A DNA stretch of 46,833 nt from contig JBIOXB010000067.1 in the NCBI GenBank assembly GCA_044869275.1, positions 1 to 46,833 of the forward strand, written 5' to 3'. The first letter of the stretch is position 1; the number at the start of each line of letters is the position of its first letter. Positions 10,203 through 19,903 of this stretch are shown here, one piece after another. The stretch is from a bacterium (GTDB taxonomy: Bacteria; Zhuqueibacterota; Zhuqueibacteria; Zhuqueibacterales; Zhuqueibacteraceae). The translations under genes and the position numbers were made by a program. A model generated the notes under the pieces. That model worked only from the letters and a program-made list of their open reading frames with translations, was not told where the DNA came from and did not search any database.

Positions 10203-11039
10203 TCATTTTTCTCCGTTACTCAGAACACCTTCCGCCTCACCGGCCTGGTGCTTGCGCGCCATCACGATGAAAACCTCCTCCAGCCTGGCCAAATTCACTG
10301 CCGCCTGCAGGGGCACATGCATGAAAAGCGAGGTCACCTCCATTTTGGGAGTGGTCACGATGCCGATACGGATGCCCGGCGGGAAGAGCGCGCTGGAATC
10401 GGAGGTCACGATGACATCGCCGGCGATCACGTCCGCATTGCGCGGCACGCCCGCCATTTCGAGGCCCAAATCGCCGGTCGCGGTAACGATGCCGAGTACG
10501 CGGCTGCGCTGTGAACGTGCACTCACACTGAAATTGCGATCCAGCAAGAGCTGCACATGGCTGGTGCTGCGATTCGCTTTCAAGATTTTTCCCGCCAGCC
10601 CTTCCGGCGTCACCACCGGCATGTTTTCAAGAATACCATGGTCGGCGCCGAGATCGATGATCACCGCCGTGGGCATATTCCCTTTTTCGCGCGACAAAAC
10701 ACGTGCCGTTCGGAGTTCCAGAAGAGCGCGTTCACGATAATCGAGCATGCGGCGCAAACGGAGATTCTCCAATAATGCCTCGCGCAATTGGCTGTTCTCC
10801 AGCATCAATTGCGTGGTGCGCTGCCGCAGGGCATGGATGGCTTCCGGCGGTTCGTCCAGCCGGTTCGTCCAATTCAGCCGTGATTGCACGACGGCGTAGC
10901 GATCGATCACGAAGCTGCGGATGGCGTCCAATTGCGGTGCGTCATTGTTGAAGAGCAGGGCCAAAGCCGCAATGATCGCCGCAAACAGGACGAAATATTC
11001 CCGGATGGAAATTAAAAATTCGTTTGGGCGCTCTGACAA
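10203..11039 (-). CDS. mreC: Rod shape-determining protein MreC
   Basis: TM segment, coiled coil ENLRLRRML, GLAGKI, GDVIVTS, FPPGIRIG. Confidence 0.95.
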   Translation of the reverse strand: MSERPNEFLISIREYFVLFAAIIAALALLFNNDAPQLDAIRSFVIDRYAVVQSRLNWTNRLDEPPEAIHALRQRTTQLMLENSQLREALLENLRLRRMLDYRERALLELRTARVLSREKGNMPTAVIIDLGADHGILENMPVVTPEGLAGKILKANRSTSHVQLLLDRNFSVSARSQRSRVLGIVTATGDLGLEMAGVPRNADVIAGDVIVTSDSSALFPPGIRIGIVTTPKMEVTSLFMHVPLQAAVNLARLEEVFIVMARKHQAGEAEGVLSNGEK

Positions 11040-11052
11040 GATTGTTTCCCCG

Positions 11053-12084
11053 TTAATACCGCTTGACCTTGGTCAGCACCTTTTGATAACGATGAATGGA
11101 CTCCAGCACACGCCCGGTGCCGCGCACGACGCAAGTGAGTGGATCTTCGGCGACGATCACGGGCAAGCTGGTTTCGCGGCGTAATCTCTCGTCCAGGCCG
11201 CGCAGCAGGGCACCGCCGCCGGAAAGCGCAATGCCGCGGTCCAAAATGTCCGCCGAAAGCTCGGGCGGGGTGTTTTCCAAGCAGAGCTTGGTGGCCTCGA
11301 CGATGGCATTGACCGATTCCGCCAGCGCTTCCTGCACTTCCATCGAAGTGATTTCGACGGTTTTCGGAATGCCGGCGACGATGTCGCGGCCGCGCACGCT
11401 GATGGAGGTTCTGTCATTGAACGGCGCCGCCGAACCCAGCGTACATTTAATGTGCTCCGCCGTATTCCCACCGATCAACAAATTGTAATTGCGCTTGAAA
11501 TGTTGAATGACCGCCTCGTTCATCTCGTCTCCGGCGATGCGAATGGAAATATGATTGACGATGCCGGAAAGCGAAATCACCGCAATCTCCGTGGTGCCGC
11601 CGCCGATGTCGATCACCATGCTGCCCACCGGCTCTTCAATGGGCAGGCCGATGCCGATGGCCGCGGCCATCGGCTCGTCAATCAAGTAAACTTCGCGCGC
11701 GCCCGCATGTTCCGCCGAATCGCGCACGGCCCGTTTCTCCACCTCGGTGACGCCGCTGGGAATGCTGATGGCGATGCGCGGCCGCCACAAGCGCGTCGCC
11801 TGCACACGGCGGATAAAATGACGGATCATCGCCTCTGCCAGCTCGAAATCCGCAATCACGCCGTCTTTCATCGGCCGCACGGTGATGATTTCGTGCGGGG
11901 TGCGCCCCTGCATCTCTTTGGCGCCATGCCCGTATGCGACGATTTCCTGATCCGCTTTTCGAATCGCGACGATGCTGGGCTCGTTGACCAAAATGCCCTT
12001 GCCGCGCACGTAGACCAGCGTATTCGCCGTGCCCAAATCCATGGCAATGTCAGTAGAAAACAAGTTCTGCAGATTAAAATTCAT
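11053..12084 (-). CDS. mreB: Actin-like rod shape-determining protein MreB
   Basis: DLGTANT, RPMKDGVIADF, EPMAAAIG, DIGGGTTE, GGGALL. Confidence 0.98.
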   Translation of the reverse strand: MNFNLQNLFSTDIAMDLGTANTLVYVRGKGILVNEPSIVAIRKADQEIVAYGHGAKEMQGRTPHEIITVRPMKDGVIADFELAEAMIRHFIRRVQATRLWRPRIAISIPSGVTEVEKRAVRDSAEHAGAREVYLIDEPMAAAIGIGLPIEEPVGSMVIDIGGGTTEIAVISLSGIVNHISIRIAGDEMNEAVIQHFKRNYNLLIGGNTAEHIKCTLGSAAPFNDRTSISVRGRDIVAGIPKTVEITSMEVQEALAESVNAIVEATKLCLENTPPELSADILDRGIALSGGGALLRGLDERLRRETSLPVIVAEDPLTCVVRGTGRVLESIHRYQKVLTKVKRY

Positions 12085-12152
12085 TCCCTCTGCCTTTCGT
12101 GACCGATGGTATTCTGAACGAAGGTGCTGTGGTATTGCGAGACCGTCATAAA

Positions 12153-13712
12153 TTAGTGCCGAAAATGCCGGATTCCGGTCATGATCATGGCCATGTCGTG
12201 GCGATCGGCCGCGGCCGTAACTTCCGCATCACGCAGCGCGCCACCCGGCTGGATCACCGCCCTGACGCCCGCTTGCGCCGCAGTTTCAATGCCATCCGGA
12301 AATGGGAAAAACGCGTCGCTCGCCATCACCGCGCCGGCCAAGGACAAGCCGGCGGCGCGGGCTTTTTCCATCGCCAGCTTGACGGAATCGATCCGGCTCA
12401 TTTGCCCGGCGCCAATGCCGAGCGTGCGATCCGCCGTGCAAAAGACGATGGCATTCGATTTGACCCAGCGCACAACTTTCCAGCCAAAGTGCATGGCCGC
12501 GATTTCCGCAGCCGAGGGCTGGCGCCCGGTGGCAATTTCAAAAAGAGCCGCATCGTCTTCCGCGGCGTCTCGTTCCTGCGCCAATATTCCGCCGGAGATG
12601 CTTTTCCATTCGAGGCCGATCGGCGGCGTGCTTTCGATTTCGGGGATTTGCAACAGGCGCAGGTTTTTCTTGCCGGAAAAAATTTGCAGGGCCTCGGCGC
12701 CGAACGCCGGCGCCAGGACAACTTCGGTAAACAATTCTGCGATTTGCGCGGCGGTTTCCGCATCTACTTTGCGACTGCAGCCGACGATGCCGCCGAATGC
12801 CGCAACCGGATCGGTGGCTTTCGCCTTTTGAAACGCCTGCGCCAGATTCTCGCCAATCGCCACGCCGCAGGGGTTGGCGTGCTTGATGATCGCACAACAA
12901 GGCTCGCGAAAACTGCGCACGGTGAGTAGCGCGGCGTCTGCATCGGCGAGATTATTATAGGAAATCTCCTTGCCCTGCAACTGCAGCGCGCCGGCGAGTC
13001 CGCCTTCGTGGCTGAAGTGGCCACGGTAAAAAGCGGCACGCTGGTGCGGATTTTCGCCATAACGCAAGTCCTGTACCTTGTCGAGGGCGATGACCATCGT
13101 CTCCGGAAGAGGGTTTGCACCTTCATCCTTTTGCAGGTAGGTTTGGATGGCGGCGTCGTAGGCCGCCGTGTATGCAAATGCCGTTGCCGCAAGCTTACGC
13201 CGCGTGTGATCCGACAAGCTGCCGCCATGCTTCTGCAACTCGGCGATCACGCCGGCATATTGTTCTACGCCCGTCACGGCGGCGACCCCCAAAAAGTTTT
13301 TGGCCGCAGCACGGATCAGCGCCACGCCGCCGATGTCGATGTTTTCCAAAGCTTCAGTCAGGGAGGTCCCGGGGCGTGAAACAACTTCACGAAAAGGATA
13401 TAGATTCACCACCACGAGATCGATCAAACCCATGCCGTGCGCGGCCAACTGCTCCAAATGCTCGGCAGAATCCCGCCGCGCCAGCAAGCCGCCAAAAACT
13501 TTGGGATGCAAAGTTTTCACCCGGCCCTCGAGGATTTCGGGAAAACCGGTGAGACCTTCAAGCGGCAGAATCGTGAAACCGCATTGCTGCAAAAAGCGCG
13601 CAGTGCCGCCGGTAGCAACCATCTCAATGTCGTGCGCCGCGAGCGCGGCCGCGAAATCTGGCAAACCGATTTTGTCGTGCACGCTCAAAAGCGCGCGTTT
13701 GATTCTGGACAT
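12153..13712 (-). CDS. purH: Bifunctional AICAR transformylase/IMP cyclohydrolase
   Basis: RALLSVHDK, GRVKTLHP, IDIGG, LRYGENPHQ, KHANPCG, SDAFFPF, GIRHFRH; ATG 13712 with AGGA. Confidence 0.98.
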   Translation of the reverse strand: MSRIKRALLSVHDKIGLPDFAAALAAHDIEMVATGGTARFLQQCGFTILPLEGLTGFPEILEGRVKTLHPKVFGGLLARRDSAEHLEQLAAHGMGLIDLVVVNLYPFREVVSRPGTSLTEALENIDIGGVALIRAAAKNFLGVAAVTGVEQYAGVIAELQKHGGSLSDHTRRKLAATAFAYTAAYDAAIQTYLQKDEGANPLPETMVIALDKVQDLRYGENPHQRAAFYRGHFSHEGGLAGALQLQGKEISYNNLADADAALLTVRSFREPCCAIIKHANPCGVAIGENLAQAFQKAKATDPVAAFGGIVGCSRKVDAETAAQIAELFTEVVLAPAFGAEALQIFSGKKNLRLLQIPEIESTPPIGLEWKSISGGILAQERDAAEDDAALFEIATGRQPSAAEIAAMHFGWKVVRWVKSNAIVFCTADRTLGIGAGQMSRIDSVKLAMEKARAAGLSLAGAVMASDAFFPFPDGIETAAQAGVRAVIQPGGALRDAEVTAAADRHDMAMIMTGIRHFRH

Positions 13713-13784
13713 CGATCCTGTGTTCGTTTTCCTGGCCAATCACGCGAGAACCTGCAACGCGTTCTGCGCGAGTCGCAGGCCATA

Positions 13785-14414
13785 TCATTTACTTTCATGG
13801 ATTAAAACGCGCCTGCCGGCGATTTGGACGCGATCCTGCGCAAACCATTGCAACACTTCGGGCAAAATCTGATGCTCGACTTCCAGCACACGCGCGGCCA
13901 GGGTTTCGGGGGTGTCATCCTCCCGCACGGGCACACAGCGCTGCAGAATCGGCGCGCCGGAATCGTATTCTTCTTCAACGAAGTGCACGGTGGCACCGCT
14001 GACTTTGCAGCCGTACTGCAAGACCGCCTCATGCACGCGCCGGCCATACATGCCCTTGCCGCCGAAGCTCGGCAGCAGCGCGGGATGAATGTTGATGATG
14101 CGCCCGCGATAATGCCGGATCACGGGAATCGGAATCTTGCGCACGTAGCCACACAGCACGACAAAATTCGCACCGTAGTCCTGCAATGCCCGGAGCATGG
14201 CGCTCGCAAAATCCTCGCCGCCGGGAAAATCTCGCTCATGCATCACCGCTGTGGCGAGACTTGCTTCTTGTGCGAGGCGCAGCGCTCCGGCGGCGGCATT
14301 ATCCGTGATGAGCACCGCCACGCGCGCCTGCAGTGCGCCGCGGTGAATGGCCTGCAAAATCGCTTGAAAATTGGAGCCGCGGCCGCTGGCAAAAATGGCA
14401 AGATTGAGCTGCAC
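13785..14414 (-). CDS. purN: Phosphoribosylglycinamide formyltransferase
   Basis: ASGRGSNFQA, INIHPALLPSFGG, GATVHFV, YDSG. Confidence 0.97.
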   Translation of the reverse strand: MQLNLAIFASGRGSNFQAILQAIHRGALQARVAVLITDNAAAGALRLAQEASLATAVMHERDFPGGEDFASAMLRALQDYGANFVVLCGYVRKIPIPVIRHYRGRIINIHPALLPSFGGKGMYGRRVHEAVLQYGCKVSGATVHFVEEEYDSGAPILQRCVPVREDDTPETLAARVLEVEHQILPEVLQWFAQDRVQIAGRRVLIHESK

Positions 14415-14531
14415 GATTCATTTTCAGAATTAAAACAGTTGTGTCATGCAAGAGGATTCTGATTCGAATGCTAGCGGTGATTTGCAGCCGAACGAGATTC
14501 CTCTGGCATGACACCATGTAATGCTGGTCAA

Positions 14532-15476
14532 TCAAATCACCGCCGCCTCGGTAATGGCAACCCGCGCGCGTTTTGCCGAAACTTCAAGCTCCGCACGCAC
14601 GCCGAGAGGCAAGGTATATTTCACTCGGCCATGGCCATAATCCAAACCTGCCAGCGCTGGAATTTTCGACGGCTTGATGAAGTCATGCATCAACTCGTCC
14701 ATGGTCAAGGTCGAATCGCCTTCGGGCGGCATGCAATCCGTGGTTTGGCCAAGCAGAAATCCTGCCATGCGCTGGAAAATGCCGAGCTCACGCAGCTGCA
14801 CGAAATAACGATCCCATTTATACACGAATTCACCGGTATCTTCGACAAAAAAAATGCTGCCGGAAACGCCGGGCATGTGGTGCGAGCCGGCAAGCGCAGC
14901 AATTAACGACAAGCAGCCGCCCAGCAACCGGCCAGTGGCACGGCCCTGATGCACGGCTTGATAGCTTTCGCCGTTGGGCCGCACCAGCTCACCGAAGGGC
15001 CGCGGCGCGGTGATCATTCTCCAAAAACTCTCTTCCGTGAGGGGATCGATGCCGCGTCCCATTTCCGTCGCGACCATGGGGCCGGAAAAGGTGACCAAGC
15101 CGGTGTGGCGAAAAATTGCGAGCTGCAGCGCGGTCAGGTCGCTATAGCCGACGAAGATTTTCGGATGGCGGCGGATCGCCTCGTAATCGAGCAAGCGCAG
15201 CAAGCGCGGCGTGCCGTATCCGCCGCGCGCGCAGATGATCGCTTTGACGCGCCGATCGCGAAACATGCTGTTGCAATCGCGCGCGCGTTGCGTGTCCGTG
15301 CCGGCGAGATAACCGTGCTGGGCAAAAACATGCTTTCCGAGTTTCACGCGATAGCCCAAGCCCTCCAAATAGCGCACACCGGCCTCCAGCAATTCCGGCT
15401 TCATAGGACTCGCGGGCGCGATCACGCCGATCACCTCGCCCTTCTGCAATCGCGGTGGTTTGAGAACGCGGGCCAA
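14532..15476 (-). CDS. LD-carboxypeptidase (peptidase S66)
   Basis: IAPASP, CARGGYG, GYSD (Ser), EDTGE (Glu), YGH (His); AGGAGG before the TTG start. Confidence 0.93.
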   Translation of the reverse strand: MARVLKPPRLQKGEVIGVIAPASPMKPELLEAGVRYLEGLGYRVKLGKHVFAQHGYLAGTDTQRARDCNSMFRDRRVKAIICARGGYGTPRLLRLLDYEAIRRHPKIFVGYSDLTALQLAIFRHTGLVTFSGPMVATEMGRGIDPLTEESFWRMITAPRPFGELVRPNGESYQAVHQGRATGRLLGGCLSLIAALAGSHHMPGVSGSIFFVEDTGEFVYKWDRYFVQLRELGIFQRMAGFLLGQTTDCMPPEGDSTLTMDELMHDFIKPSKIPALAGLDYGHGRVKYTLPLGVRAELEVSAKRARVAITEAAVI

Positions 15477-15520
15477 AGCCCTCCTCTCCTATTCGTCAGC
15501 CGTCATCTGTGGTTCGTGCC

Positions 15521-16879
15521 TCAAAACGCCACCACCGGCAATCGCCGCTTGCGAGCAGAGCGCTGGGACAAAGACGAAGGTTCAGCGCTCTGCACGGCGC
15601 CGATCAAATCATAATCCTCTGCTGCGGTGATGCGAATCGAATAAAACTCTCCGGCCTGAAACCGTTCGGGAGTTGCGGCAATCAGCACCGCATGATCGAT
15701 TTCGGGGCAATCCCATTCCGTGCGGCCGCGATGAATTTCTTCCTGTGCGTCATACTCTTCAATCAGCACGCGCAGGTCGCGGCCCACCTGCCGCTCATTC
15801 CAGGCGGCGGCGATATCGCGCTGCGCCTGCATCAGCATGTCGTAGCGCTCGCGCTTCGCTTCCTCCGGCACTTGCTCGGAAAATGCAAAGGCTGGCGTGC
15901 CTTCCTCTTGGGAATACGTGAAGACGCCCAGGCGCTCAAAGCGGCCGTCCGCCACGAAATCATACATTTCACGAAAGTCTTCTTCGCTTTCGCCAGGGAA
16001 GCCGACGATCAAAGAAGTGCGCAAGACCAGATCCGGAATCGTGCGGTGCATGCGCTCGAGCAAATCTTCGGTGTATTGCCGGTTAACGCGGCGGGCCATG
16101 CGCTTGAGCATGCGGTCGGAAACGTGCTGGATGGGCATATCGACGTATTTGACCATCTTGGGCTCGGCCGCCAATGCCGCAATGATTTCGGCGTTCATGT
16201 GATAGGGGTACGCGTACATCAAGCGGATCCACTCGATGCCATCCACTCTCCCGAGCGCGTGCAGCAGAGCAGGCAGTTGTTGCTGGCCGTTCAAATCCAA
16301 GCCGTATTGCGTGGAATCCTGTGCGACCAGGATTAATTCTCTCACGCCCTTTTCCGCCAGCCGGTACGCTTCCTGCAGCAGAGCGGGAATGGGCGTGCTG
16401 CGGAATTGGCCGCGAATGGCGGGAATCGCGCAGAACGTGCAAGGATGCTCGCAGCCCTCGGAGATTTTCAGATAGGCATAATGCCGGGGCGTGAGCAATT
16501 CCCGCTCGCCGAGCAACTCATATTTCAAGCGCAACTGTTGCGCAATGCTTTTCACGATTCCGGGCAAGTCGCGATTGCCAAAATAGCCGTCGACCTCGGG
16601 GATTTCCCGGCGTAATTCCGGCGCGTAGCGCTCTGACAAACAGCCGGTGACAAAGACGCGGCGCACGCTCCCGCTCTTCTTGAGCGCGACTGCCTGGAGG
16701 ATGGTGTCGAGGGATTCTTCTTTGGCTGATTCTATAAAGCCGCAGGTGTTGATGATCACGGCTTCAGCTTCGTGGGGCTGGCCGACGAACTCAACGCCGC
16801 AAGCTCGCAGCCCCCCTTGCAACACTTCGGAATCAACGATGTTTTTGGGACAACCGAGGGTAATGAGGTTGATTTTCAA
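15521..16879 (-). CDS. rimO: Ribosomal protein S12 methylthiotransferase
   Basis: LGCPKNIVDSE, NTCGFIESAKEES, radical SAM CEHPCTFC, TRAM domain with PEID. Confidence 0.96.
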   Translation of the reverse strand: MKINLITLGCPKNIVDSEVLQGGLRACGVEFVGQPHEAEAVIINTCGFIESAKEESLDTILQAVALKKSGSVRRVFVTGCLSERYAPELRREIPEVDGYFGNRDLPGIVKSIAQQLRLKYELLGERELLTPRHYAYLKISEGCEHPCTFCAIPAIRGQFRSTPIPALLQEAYRLAEKGVRELILVAQDSTQYGLDLNGQQQLPALLHALGRVDGIEWIRLMYAYPYHMNAEIIAALAAEPKMVKYVDMPIQHVSDRMLKRMARRVNRQYTEDLLERMHRTIPDLVLRTSLIVGFPGESEEDFREMYDFVADGRFERLGVFTYSQEEGTPAFAFSEQVPEEAKRERYDMLMQAQRDIAAAWNERQVGRDLRVLIEEYDAQEEIHRGRTEWDCPEIDHAVLIAATPERFQAGEFYSIRITAAEDYDLIGAVQSAEPSSLSQRSARKRRLPVVAF

Positions 16880-16960
16880 ACGATGCCTTTCAACAACAAA
16901 ATAGATTCAATTCCTCACGGCTTAGGGCGCTCATTTGTCTTTCGCCGCGTCTTCTGGCAG

Positions 16961-17896
16961 TCAGTCAAACAGGGCTTCAACAAATTGTCCCGGCTCAAAC
17001 GGCTGCAAATCATCTATGCCTTCGCCCACGCCGATGAAGCGCACTGGAATTTTCAATCTGTCCTGAATCGCGAAGAGAATGCCGCCTTTGGCGGTGCCGT
17101 CCAATTTTGTGATCACTAAACCGGTCACACCGGCCGCCGTGAAGAAGGCCTCAGCCTGGCGCAAGCCGTTTTGGCCGGTATTCGCATCCAGGACCAGCAG
17201 CACTTCGTGCGGCGCGTCCGGAATGAGGCGCTTGACGACGCGCGCCATCTTCTTCAATTCTTCCATCAAATTATTTTTGGTGTGCAGGCGGCCCGCGGTA
17301 TCAACGATCATCACGTCGAGGTGCCGGGCCTGCGCCGCTTGGGTGGCATCGAAGACGACAGCGGCAGGATCCGCGCCCGCTTGCGTGCGCACCAGCTCAA
17401 CTTCGGCGCGGCGCGCCCAAATTTCGAGCTGATCTGCAGCCGCGGCGCGAAAGGTATCCGCGGCCGCCACCAGCACGGATTTGCCGCGCTGGCGAAACTG
17501 ATTGGCGATTTTAGCGATGGTCGTGGTCTTGCCGACGCCATTGACGCCCACCATCATTACCACCCAGGGTTTGGCGGGCAAGGCAAAAAAATCAGCGCGA
17601 AATTGCCGGTCGCGGCCGCGATCAAACTGCAAACGCTCGCGCAAAAATACTTTCATTTCGCCGAGCACGGCCTCGCGTGAAGAGGCTTTGCCCAGCGCCA
17701 CCCGCGCGCGCAAATGCTCGATCAAATCGCCCGTCACTTCCGGGCCCAAGTCCGCGGCCACCAGGGTATTTTCCAATTCCTCGACCAGATCAGCGTCCAG
17801 ACGCGCCTTGCCCGTCACCAGATGCACGACATTGTCAACCAAGCCCTGACGGGTCTTATGCAAACCGGATTTTAGTTTTTCAAGAAAAGAAGCCAT
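16961..17896 (-). CDS. ftsY: Signal recognition particle receptor FtsY (NG domains only)
   Basis: GVNGVGKTTT, DTFRAAA, DTAGR, TKLDGTAKGG, GVGE. Confidence 0.98.
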   Translation of the reverse strand: MASFLEKLKSGLHKTRQGLVDNVVHLVTGKARLDADLVEELENTLVAADLGPEVTGDLIEHLRARVALGKASSREAVLGEMKVFLRERLQFDRGRDRQFRADFFALPAKPWVVMMVGVNGVGKTTTIAKIANQFRQRGKSVLVAAADTFRAAAADQLEIWARRAEVELVRTQAGADPAAVVFDATQAAQARHLDVMIVDTAGRLHTKNNLMEELKKMARVVKRLIPDAPHEVLLVLDANTGQNGLRQAEAFFTAAGVTGLVITKLDGTAKGGILFAIQDRLKIPVRFIGVGEGIDDLQPFEPGQFVEALFD

Positions 17897-18035
17897 AATC
17901 CTGCTTACGCCTCACGAATTACGCATCACCTGATCCGTAAAACGTGATACGCCATACACAAAATGCGATAGGTAAGAGATTTTCGTTTTTTCACAAATGG
18001 CGCACCGGCAGGAACCGCGAGACGAAGGAAGGCGA

Positions 18036-18626
18036 TTATCTCTTTGTTTCCATCGCGAAACGATGCGCATAGCTCGCGATCGAAATAAAAAAGATGCAGA
18101 CCATAGACCAGAAGAACGGCCACTTTACCGCTTGCACATCCAGAACAAAAACCAAAAGCACGATGGCCATTGCCGTGACGGTCACTTTGCCATACCAATT
18201 GGATTCGGGTACCTTGTGCTGCCGCGAAGTCATCAATAAACCAAGCGTTATGATAATAAAATCGCGACTAAGAATCAATAGTAAAAACCAGGCGGGAAAA
18301 TCTCGAAAAAGGGTGAGATAGGCGGCAACCGCGCCCACGCTGAGTTTGTCCATGAGCGGATCGATAATGCGGCCCAACTCGGATTGCTGGCGCAGCTTGC
18401 GCGCGAGAAAACCGTCCCACCAATCCGTGGCACCGGAAAGCAACAGAAAACCGGTGGCGATGTAATTGCCGCGTGGCGTGTTTTGATGCAGATAGAAAAG
18501 CACGGGAATGAGGACCAACAGGCGGGAAAAGCTCAGGAAGTTGGAGATGGTCCAAATACGATTCCGCTCGGCAGTATTTTGGAGGGCGAGCATTCGACCA
18601 GACCAGGCTGATGAAGTTTGAGCCAC
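18036..18626 (-). CDS. CDP-alcohol phosphatidyltransferase (PgsA/cardiolipin synthase-like)
   Basis: TISNFLSFSR, DWWDGFLARK...GRIIDPLMDK signature; start uncertain. Confidence 0.9.
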   Translation of the reverse strand: MAQTSSAWSGRMLALQNTAERNRIWTISNFLSFSRLLVLIPVLFYLHQNTPRGNYIATGFLLLSGATDWWDGFLARKLRQQSELGRIIDPLMDKLSVGAVAAYLTLFRDFPAWFLLLILSRDFIIITLGLLMTSRQHKVPESNWYGKVTVTAMAIVLLVFVLDVQAVKWPFFWSMVCIFFISIASYAHRFAMETKR

Positions 18627-18635
18627 GTGCGCGTT

Positions 18636-18911
18636 TTACAGCACCGTCAAGATCTCGAAAAGGATAATGCTGGCACAAAGAACGCGAAATGAGATCAGGT
18701 ATTTTCGCACCGCGCTTTGCAGTTCTGGGTCATGCCATTCGGAGCGTTTGTATTTCTTGATGCATTCCCTGCGCGCCCTCCACACTTTGATTGGACCGAC
18801 AAAAGTTGCAGGCGGCAGGAGGCGCATGTTAATCTTCAGGCTTTGTATCGACAGATAAACCAGAGCGGCGCATCCCGTGATCATGAAGACCTGGGCAGCA
18901 AGATTTTTCAT
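18636..18911 (-). CDS. Small hypothetical membrane protein (~91 aa)
   Basis: Fills the gap between the UbiA-family and PgsA-like genes; two hydrophobic ends; ATG 18911. Confidence 0.5.
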   Translation of the reverse strand: MKNLAAQVFMITGCAALVYLSIQSLKINMRLLPPATFVGPIKVWRARRECIKKYKRSEWHDPELQSAVRKYLISFRVLCASIILFEILTVL

Positions 18912-18916
18912 CGGTG

Positions 18917-19870
18917 CTACTCCGCACGCAGGCTCGGATACTTCAACCCGAAACGCCGCTGATAATACCATTTCGAGAAAAAGAATACAAAGGCCAGCAC
19001 CAGCAAATATTGCCAAACCTTCCAACAGATGGCCAGCGCCAAAAACAAGATCGGCATTTTAATGGCGCGGGCGACATCCCCGTGGCGCTGTTTGAGGGTT
19101 GCCCAAAGAAAGAACGGCGCGGCCACCAATGCCGGATACAATATGATGGGGTCTTGCACCCATAAGGCCAGGGCCGTCGCGCACCACTGCAATATCGCGC
19201 CCGCGAAAATCGTAGAGCGCCAGCCGTACTTCACGCCAAACGTCAGCTTGTTGGTTTCGGCATCGCCCTCGACATCCAGCAAAGTCGTATACAAATAAAC
19301 TGCGCCCACGGCCAGTGCATACGGCAGCGCATGGCGCAAAGCCAGCAGCGACTCCACCTCAACCGACCACCAGCCGGCGGTGAAAATCAGAACCGCGCCG
19401 CAGGCATTGGCGAAGAGCCCCCAGAATGGATGATCTTTCCATTGAAACGGTGCGACGCTGTAAAAAATGCCGGTGCACAAGAAAATGATCGCGAACAGGA
19501 TCGCCATTTCCGCGCTGTGCCAGTAGGCGGCAATCATGCCGATCGCGGCGAGCACAATCATCTCGCCCCAGGCCACGGGCAGGGAAATGTGCTGCTGGGC
19601 GATCAAAAAGAGCTTGTGATTGCGCGCGTCGGTTTCGCGATCGCAGATTTGATTGAGAATGTACGCGCTGCCCATGAGCAACGTCAAAAAGCCGAGCAGG
19701 CAAATGGAATTCCACGCGAGGCCGCGCGTGGCGCCGTTCATGCCCGCCGGTGCGAAGCGATGGTAAGCGAAATAGCCGGCCGCATAAACCGTCCAAACCG
19801 GAAAGAACAACGTCGGCCGCAACACGAAAACATAGTCGAATAATTTCACAATCCTGTTCATCCTCGCCAA
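18917..19870 (-). CDS. UbiA-family prenyltransferase
   Basis: LRP, NQICDRETD, YS, LLDVEGD aspartate-rich motifs; multiple TM helices. Confidence 0.88.
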   Translation of the reverse strand: MARMNRIVKLFDYVFVLRPTLFFPVWTVYAAGYFAYHRFAPAGMNGATRGLAWNSICLLGFLTLLMGSAYILNQICDRETDARNHKLFLIAQQHISLPVAWGEMIVLAAIGMIAAYWHSAEMAILFAIIFLCTGIFYSVAPFQWKDHPFWGLFANACGAVLIFTAGWWSVEVESLLALRHALPYALAVGAVYLYTTLLDVEGDAETNKLTFGVKYGWRSTIFAGAILQWCATALALWVQDPIILYPALVAAPFFLWATLKQRHGDVARAIKMPILFLALAICWKVWQYLLVLAFVFFFSKWYYQRRFGLKYPSLRAE

Positions 19871-19903
19871 TAACCTCTTCCGCTTCCTGCGGAAGAAGAA
19901 ACG

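Noticed and set aside
13713..13784. Possible ZTP riboswitch upstream of purH
   Set aside because: Only a weak hairpin; the conserved ZTP motifs are absent.
1079..17931. Shared 13-mer CTTACGCCTCACG at 1079 and 17904 as a regulator site
   Set aside because: At 17904 it is part of a heptamer run (cttacgc ctcacga attacgc atcacct), so it is better explained as another short-repeat family.
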